A DNA stretch of 64,000 nucleotides from a virus. Its lineage: Duplodnaviria; Caudoviricetes. A program made the translations under genes and the position numbers. Shown here piece by piece: positions 52,601-61,600 of this stretch (position 1 is its first letter; every line of letters begins with the position of its first letter). Location of the stretch: IMG/VR virus record IMGVR_UViG_3300032247_001693, positions 23,996-87,995 of that record; one strand, written 5' to 3'. The notes under the pieces were generated by a model. It was not told where the DNA came from, searched no databases, and was given only the letters and a program-made list of their open reading frames with translations.

Positions 52601-55600
52601 AAGCTATGCTAGCTTCCGAAATAAATCCCAAAAAAATAATAACACTAGGAGTTAAAACTGGAGGCGGATTCAATATTAAAAGAGATACTGGAGTATCAGT
52701 AGAAAATACTAAAATTGCATCATTTACAGGTTTTCTTGGTCCAACACAAAGAGGACATGAATCTCAAATGGACATAAGTGCTTCTTTAGGTTTTAAGCCA
52801 GAAAATTTTGTTGCTGTAGTAACTGGTAATGAGTCTATAGATAGTAGCGATCCTGATCCACACTCTTATAGATCAGCTATTTTAGATCAAGATTCAAGAA
52901 CCATAATGGCAAGAGCTGCTTTTGAAGCTAGGGGAGGAAGAGTAGCTAAATTACCACAAGATATTGGATTTAATAAAGTTCCACATATTTTAGAAATAGA
53001 GGGTGGAAAAAATGGTAAAAGACACTTTGTTAGAGCAAAGAAAGGAAGCGTTGCTCTTACTCAAGGTAAAACTTCAGGACAAGTTCAAAAATATATTGAT
53101 GCTGGATTTATAAGCCATAATGTCGAAGAACGTACCGGAGGTTTTAGTGGTACTCAGGCAAGACAAGCTATTTTAGATGGCAATATTCCAGAAATGCAAA
53201 AAATACTATCTCCAGAGGTTTTTGCCCTAGTTAGCAAAAATTTATCTCAAATACAAAATAGAAGTAATATATTACCAAAAATAGTCTCAAAAATAGAACA
53301 AAATAAACAAAAATTATTAGCTCCGATAAAAGAACAAATAGATTCTTTTCCTATAAAAAGAATAGATACTAAAAAATTAGCAGCAGAAGGAAAAAATTCT
53401 GAATATGGTAGAATGGTAGATCAATTAGTTGAATTGAGAAACTCTAGAGAAAAAATAAAAAAATCTGGTGGCTTTGAACCATTTAGTCTAATAAGAAAAT
53501 TAGAAAAAAGATATCCAGATAGATATCGTCTAAATTTTGGTGGAGCTTCTTCTGGATTACAAGAAGGAATATTAAAAACAGCCACTTCTTCTAAAGTTTC
53601 TAGACAAGCTGAACCACTATCTCCAGAATCATTAAGTTTCTTAGAAAGTACTTTGCCAAAAATTCCAACAAAAGTTGAATCTTCTGTACTTGATCAATTT
53701 TTTAAAGGAAAATTAATACCAAAAGATCCATCTATATATGGGGAGTTTGCTGGAAAATATGTAGATCAGGTAACAAAGAAAGTAAATAGAGATTCTTATT
53801 CTAGCCAGCTTACTCCAGAAAAATTAGCATACTACTCTGCCACTAAGGACTTTTTATATAAGGGGTATTCTGCGGACAAAATCGCAGAAAGAGAAGGTAT
53901 TATATCTTCAGTAGCAAAATCTACTAAGGTCGGAATTGTTGGTTTGCAACCAGCAGATTTCGCAAGTGTAAAACAGCCACAGATGCTTGGCGGCGAAAAT
54001 GTAACTATGTTTATTCAGGGACTTTCTTCTAAATACGAAAAAGATGTAGCAAAAGTAAGAAAAACTTTAAAAAGAACTGTTGGTGCATTTGGTTCTAATT
54101 TAGAAAAAACATCAGGAGTATCAAAAACTCCATTAAGAGAGATGAGACAAGAAGAAGAAAATGCTTCTGGTATGGCTAATGTTGAGGGTGCTGTTTTAGA
54201 GATGGTATTATCAAGATTAGGAGCAGTGGGAGGAACTGTTCAAAATAGAGCTATTGATTATCCAAATGGTTTGGGAGCTAGAGCAGCTAAATTTTTCCCA
54301 GGGATTGGACCAAACTGGCCCACAGAAGTAAAAAGAACATTAGATTACGACGCCTTATCAGATGCTAAAGACGAATTTATTAGATATTTTAGTGGAAAAA
54401 ATGGAGTATCAATAGAGAAAAAAGCTGAACCTGTGAAAATGATGGCTGGAGGAAAAGTTAAAGAGGTTTTTGGTTCAGGAAAAACCAAATTTCCTCCAAG
54501 CACACAAACAGCCTATGAGAAAGCAACAATGAAAAGAAGGGTTCGTGAGCGTTTTCCCGATATGTACCCAACAGATGAACGGGTGTTTGTTGATTCTAGT
54601 AAAGTTGAAGAAAAATTTGATTCTCCCGAACCTTTTGACCTAGAGAAATTTAAAGCATCTTTTAGTGGAAAAGTTAGTAGAGATAGTCTTATTACTAGTT
54701 TAAGTGATTTTGCTAAATTTATTGGTCTTCCTAAAGATCAACTCACCAAAGTATTACCCACCCATCTAGATTTTGGAGGTATGCGTAGTGCGTTTCATAA
54801 AATGCCAACAGGGTCAAGAGGCAAAGAAGGATTTGATTTATCCTCTGGATGGAATGAAAAAGATGAACAGGATCTTTTTGGTTATGAACGATTACTAGAA
54901 AAGAACCAAAAAGAAGGCGGAAAAATACGAAAAACCGCATTAGAAACATATTCTGATGGATCTATCCGTATAGATAGAATAGCTGAACAAAAAAATATTG
55001 ATGAAAGTAATAATATTAGAAATAAGATATTCGAATTAGGTGAGAAAAAAAGAAACACAGAGAATTCTGTTATAAAAGAGAAAACAGATTTTGCAAAACA
55101 AACCGGCAGAGGAGTAATTACTCTTGGTGGAGATACTAATCGTAGACCATCAAATCATGTTCTATATCATGAACTTACTCATCAACTATTTAATGGTTTG
55201 AGCACAGGATCATCAGATGTTTTTGCTAAATATTCTCAAAGAGTAAATTCTTTATTTGACGGAGATAATAATCAGTTAGCAGAAGCGTTTGATGCTTTGG
55301 GCGAACATGAGTATAAAAGTGCGGATGTTGTTTATGGAAGATCATACAAATCCTCTAGACTCACAGATATTATTAGAGAAAAAGCTCTCAAAAGGGAAAA
55401 AAACGGAGTTGCTGGTGTCTCATATGATCCCAAAGAATTTGATGAAGCAGTAATACTGAGAGGCAAAGCCGATGCTGCAAACAAAGCTATGCAGTTTAAA
55501 CCTCTTAATCCAAATGTTAATAAAACCTTATTAGCTAATCATACTAGTCAAGAGGTGATTAATGCTTATGAAGATTCTGGTAAACAAGAATTTTTAACTA

Positions 55601-58600
55601 CTTTAGTACAAAAATTACCAACTTTAGATTCTCATCTGCTGTCTATACTAGACTCAACGATAGAAAGCTTATTGGGGGATGCTGGAATAAAAAGACAAAA
55701 GTTTGCTATGGGTGGATCAGCAGAAGATACTGTTTCCGCACTATTAACTCCTGGTGAATTTGTTATTAATAAAAAAGCTGCTGGTAGAATAGGTTTAGAT
55801 AATTTACATAAGTTAAATCATGCTGATAAAATTAGTGGATTTAATAAAGGAGGATCTGTTGGAGGAGTTCAAAGATTTCTTACTGGAGGAAGTGTACAAG
55901 CAGAAACTGATACTTTAACAGCAAATAGTCCAAGAGCAACACAAAATGGATTTTTGCCAAGACTTGGACCACTAGATAGATCCTTGATGGCAACAAATGC
56001 ACAATTTACAGCACTAGGAGCAACTATAACGGCTATTGGAGGCCAATTAAGAGCTTTTACAGCCTTGCAGCGTACTGTTGGAGATAAATCTTTAGCTCAA
56101 ATTAAAAGAGCTATAAGGGCAGATATTGAAAATACAGCAGCACAAGGAAATATGGCTACTCAAACAGAAGGATTGAGAAGAGTTTTGGATCAAGTAGTTA
56201 ATGTTGAACAATCTGCTACTACTAGTGTTAGAGAAACTGTTGAAGCTAGAAAAAGATCAACATTAGGAGGAAGAATAAGAGAAGGATTACAAGGACAGGG
56301 TGGCTTCTACGCGAGTGCTGCTATAGGTATGTTATCTGGTCAGGCAGAAAATATATTTGGTAAAAAAACAGGATCAGCACAAAACGCTGGTAATGTTGCG
56401 GGTTTTGAAGCAGCAACCTCAACAGCTAGTACGGGATTTGCTTTAGCTAGTCAATCATTAGCTCTGCCAATAGTTGGCCCCGCTATTGCTAGTGTAGTAG
56501 CTATAAGCACAGCTTTAAAAACATGGCAAAATGCTCTTAAAGCATCAAAAGAAGCTATAAGAGAATTTAATGATCAACTAAAAGTAACAAGAATTCAAAC
56601 TGGTTTAGAAGCCCTCGCTGCTAATCTAGAAGCGTTTAATAAAGATATAACCAATACAGAAAGAAGAGATGCATTAGAGCAAAAAGTTGGACAAGTATCT
56701 TCTGATATTAATAGTAGAACTCCAGGATTAATGACAAAAGCATTAGAAGATAGACAAGAGCAAGAAAAGAATAGAGCGTACTCTGCTTCTAAATTTTATG
56801 ATCCAAATGCTGGAGGAAAAGATACAGATATTTTTGATATATCACAAAATTTTGGTAATACATTATCTATGGTACTAGATAAATATATTGGGACCGCTAA
56901 TGGTAATCCATACGAAGGTCTAACTTCTAAAACATTAGGAGCAGAAGATTATACAAAAATAGCTCAAGCAATACAAAAAGAAAGAGACCCCCTAGCAGCT
57001 GCACAAATATCTGCTTTTGAAGCAAAAGTTAAATTAGGAGAAACAACTTTTAAAGATTTCTCACAAGCTAATGATGCTCAAAGTATGAGTCAAAAAGAAG
57101 CTATAGCTAGAGGAAACCCAGAAGTAGATGCTGAATTAATGAGACTAGAGAATACAATGGGTAAATCTAGCGACCAAAGAACCCAAGCACTATATCAAGA
57201 AACTAAACAAAATGTAATAAATAAAGCTATTGAAAATAGTGCAATGATGCAAGGTATTGATACTACATATAAAATGACCAAAGCTATGGAAGAAGCAGAA
57301 AAGGCTGGAAGAAAACTGGGCGCCAGCTTTAATAGATTAATTAGTAGTTCAGAACAATCTCTAAATAAAACAAACTATGAATTATCTAAAATAGATGACA
57401 GTATGTCGGCAGCTATTGAAGATTTTTCTGGAAATGCAAGAATACGATCTGTTAAATCTGATGCTGTTAATACTTTATCTAATCCAAAAGCATATTCTGA
57501 TCAAAAAGTCGAGGAAGCTGTTAAACAAGCAGTAAGTATTATTGGAACTAATACTCCAGAAGGTCAAATGATGCAGGGGATGTTATCTATTGGAAATAAT
57601 ATAGAAAAACAAATGTCGGGACAAGTAAGACTCGCGGCCGGAAATAATGCCTCAATAGATCTTGGTACTGGGATTGGGATTGCTAGAAAATCCGGAAATG
57701 AAGAAATAGATAGATCAGTATTGCCCACAGAACTAAAAGATCAATTAAAAATACAGCTTAATGAAAGCTTAAAGGGATTAGAGATTAAGCTAGGAAAAGA
57801 AGTTGGTGGAACAGATTCTAAATCAATAGAAGTAGATAAGCTGGACAAAGCACTAGAAGACGGGGCAAAATTAGCCACGGATAATATAAATAAAGAATTA
57901 AATGAGCTTGCTAAAAAATTCTTAGAATTTAGAGTAGAAACCTTTAATAAATATACGGAGGCTTTAAATCAGATAGCAGAAAAACAAGCAGAAGCAGCCG
58001 GTTATTTTAATAAAGCGTCTGATATTGTAACAGAAGGAGCCTTAAAACTAAAAGAAGAAATGCTTGGAGGTAGTACTAGTTTGGGCGAAATAGTTGCTGA
58101 TAAAGTTAATAAAGTAGGAAGATTAACGGGGGGAATAGTAGACTCTAATCTTATTGCTGATAATATTAGGAAATTAAATGCAAAGGTACAAGATACTGAT
58201 AAGAATACATCTAATAGCATAAAAGATCAAATGGATATTGCTGTACAGTCTGGAGATTTTGATAAAGCTAAAGTTTTGGCGGACTCCTTACAAAAAGCTA
58301 ATATAGAACTAAAAAATAATCAAACTGCTCTTAAAAGTTTAGCGGATAACACCGAGCTTGTATCTGCGGCAATGAGTAGATTAAATACGATAACAAAAGC
58401 TCAAGAAGCTACAAAAAATGCTTCAGAAAAAATATTAACAAGTAGTGATGAAGATTTAATGAAGAAAGATGCTACTTATGGAAGAATACAAAGAAGAAAT
58501 GCTGGACAGCTAGTTGAGGCAACTCCGGAAGAAAGAGCAGATGAATTTACTTTATTAAATGAAAATAAAGAGATAATGAAAATTCAACATCAGAGAAATA

Positions 58601-61600
58601 TGAAAGCTCTTAAAAATAGAGGATTTAATGTTGATGATTCGGAACAAGGTGCTGAAAAAGAATTTAATAAACTCTATGCTAGAGTTACAGAATCAATGTT
58701 CCATAGTTCTGGGGGAGTTGGCAGATACGGAAGAGAAGGATCAGCAATTATAGATCAATCGGTCAGCGTTAGCAATAGTAAAGCTAATGACCCATTATAT
58801 GCTGAAGCTGTTAAAGTTTATAGTGACGCTATTAAAATACAACAAGATGCTAATATGGCTCTTGGTAATTTAACTATGGAATTAAGTAAAGATCTAATGG
58901 GGCAAGCTGTTGATAGATTTAATAATAGTTTACCACAATTTTTACAAAATCTTAATGAGGCTAGATCTAAAGATAGAGCTATTGAATCTCCTCAAGTAGA
59001 CGTTCATGGAAGAATAGTTAATGTAAATACTTCAAATAACGGCGGGCCACAACCAGAACAATTAGCGGGGAATTACTCTGTGCCGGGAGTAGCTCCTCCT
59101 GTTATGCCAACAGTTTATGCTTCAAAAGGCGGGGTTGTATATGCTAGTGCCGGACAAGTTATAAATGAGGGAGGAGGAGTTGGATCTTTATTAAGAGAAA
59201 CTTCTAATACAAAATATATTCAGTATGAAACAAAAGGAACAGATAAAATTCCTGCTATGTTGACAGAAGGAGAAAGAGTAACAAATAAACGATCATCAAC
59301 TAAATATGCTGATATATTAGACGCTATAAATAAAGATCCAGAAGGAAAATTAAAGTTTATGTTAGCTGACCACAAAGCAGATGGTGGAAGGGTTGGATTT
59401 GCTAATGGAGGAGCTTATAAAACTATTGATATCCCACAATCTAGTATGCAAAATTCTTCTTGGGGAAATTCTAGAAATGACAATACGGTTAGTAATTATC
59501 TTGAAAATTTTGGAAATGCTCCAGAATTAGGGTCTGCTGCTTCAATTAATGAAATGCAAAATTCTTCTTGGGGAAAAAATAATAAAAAAGTACCATACTC
59601 TAAGCCTAGACTATCTCCTATTGGAACAAGAATAAACCGACCAGATTATTATGCCGAAGGAGGTATTGTTAGAAGCCGTCAAGATTTAGAAGCTCAAATA
59701 AATTCAGAACAGAATGAAGCTAGAACTATTCAAGAAACAATTAAAAGTAGAACAGAAGAATATAATTCTCCAGAGAATGAAGAAAGAATGGCGGATCAAC
59801 AACGAGCTTCAGAATTAAAAGAGGCCGAAGATATAGCTAGTGCTAGGGGAATGATAGCTAGTGCTGGAGCAGCAGCAGATAAACCTGATTTTAATAGAGA
59901 ATTAGCCCAGAGAAAAGCTGCTAGTAAATTTCAACATAAAAATGGATCAAATTCTTGGGACAAATTGACAGAACAACAAAAACAACAATTAATAGATGCA
60001 GAAGTATCTGGAATAGATACCTTAGTAGCTCAACATAAAGAGAATCCTTTTGATCTTGGAACAGAAAAAGACAGATTTATGGAAGCGATGAATGCTAGGG
60101 CAGAACAAGATTCATTAGTAAGAAAAAAGAGTCGTTCCTATAGTACCTACGAAGAAAAAACTAGGCTTATGACAATAGACCGAAATAATGATCCTAATAA
60201 TCCGGACCCAACCCCCAGAAGTATGTTAAATGATTGGGACATGGCTGAAAATAAACCAAATAGTTTTAATGAGTCTAAAATTAGATACGAGGCTGAAGGA
60301 ATAGCTCTTAAAAATGCTGGTGTCGATCAGTGGGATATTGACCATAGGGGCAGCGGTTATAGCATAAATAATCCTAATGGAATATCAATAGAAGAAGCTA
60401 GAAAACAAGCAGGTTATCAAGAAAGCGTATCAGCTGAAGCTGCAAAGGTTAGAGAAAAAGAAATATTCCAATCTAAAACTAGATTAGGAATACCAGCCAA
60501 TGCAGAACAAGAAAGGGTAGCTGCTGTAGAAGCAGGGACAGCTACTGATCAACAACTTCTTGATTATCATGCTTCTATGACTCCCTCAAGAGAAGCTGCA
60601 CAACGAACTAATTCTAGAAATCATCTAGAAGATCTTATGAAATTTAAAGCTGAAAAAGAACGTGCAGATAAATGGCTTGAGGAATATAGACAAAAATATA
60701 GACAGAGTACAAGTAATACTACAGATACCCCACAATCTCCGCAGCCAATTCCTTCTCCAGTTGATCCTGCTAATATACCAGAACCTCCGATGGCCCCAGC
60801 ACCCCCAACCGCCCCATCTCCTGTTCCACCAACAGTTCCTAGTCCTACTATGCCAACAAAACCAAAGAGTTGGATAGATAAAGCAACTAATGTAATCTCT
60901 GGGGCAACTAATGCAGTTGTTGGAGCAACTATGGCAGGAGTAAGTGCTGGCGCAGGATTGGTAGATCGCTCACTCGGACTCGGAGGAAAGAACCTTATAG
61001 ATAATAGTAATCCTATTATTAGCACAATAGGATATGGTGGGGGAGTTTTAGAAGGTATTGGTAATTTGGCTTATGGGGCAACTAATGTAATTGCTGGAAC
61101 TGCTGTTGCAGCAGCTTCTCCTGTTATTGCTGGAGCAGTTAGTGCAGCGGGATATATTACCGGATCCCCAGTAATAGGGGAAGAAGCATTAAAAGGAAAA
61201 AGATTAAATGCAGAATTACTAGCAGCACAACAAAATCTTTTAGATAGAAACAAAATTAGTTCTCCTGAAAAACAAGTTCATTTTAATCCAAAAGGAAGTA
61301 GTGGACCAAGTATATCAGATTTACAAATTCAAAATGAAAAATCTGACATATCCAAATATGCTGGCATGAATGCTATTGCTGGAGTAGGAACCAGTGCTGT
61401 TTCTCAAGGTTTACAAACATTGCCAGAATTAGCAGATGCTATATCATATCCTCTCGGAGTTAGTTCTGTTATACAACAAGGTGAAAAAACAGCTTTGACA
61501 AAAGGAAACGAAGAAAGAGTAAACCAGTCTGGATCATTAGGAAGAATAACAAGAAATTCACAGCTTTTTTCTCAAACTATGATAGGATTAGCTCAATTTG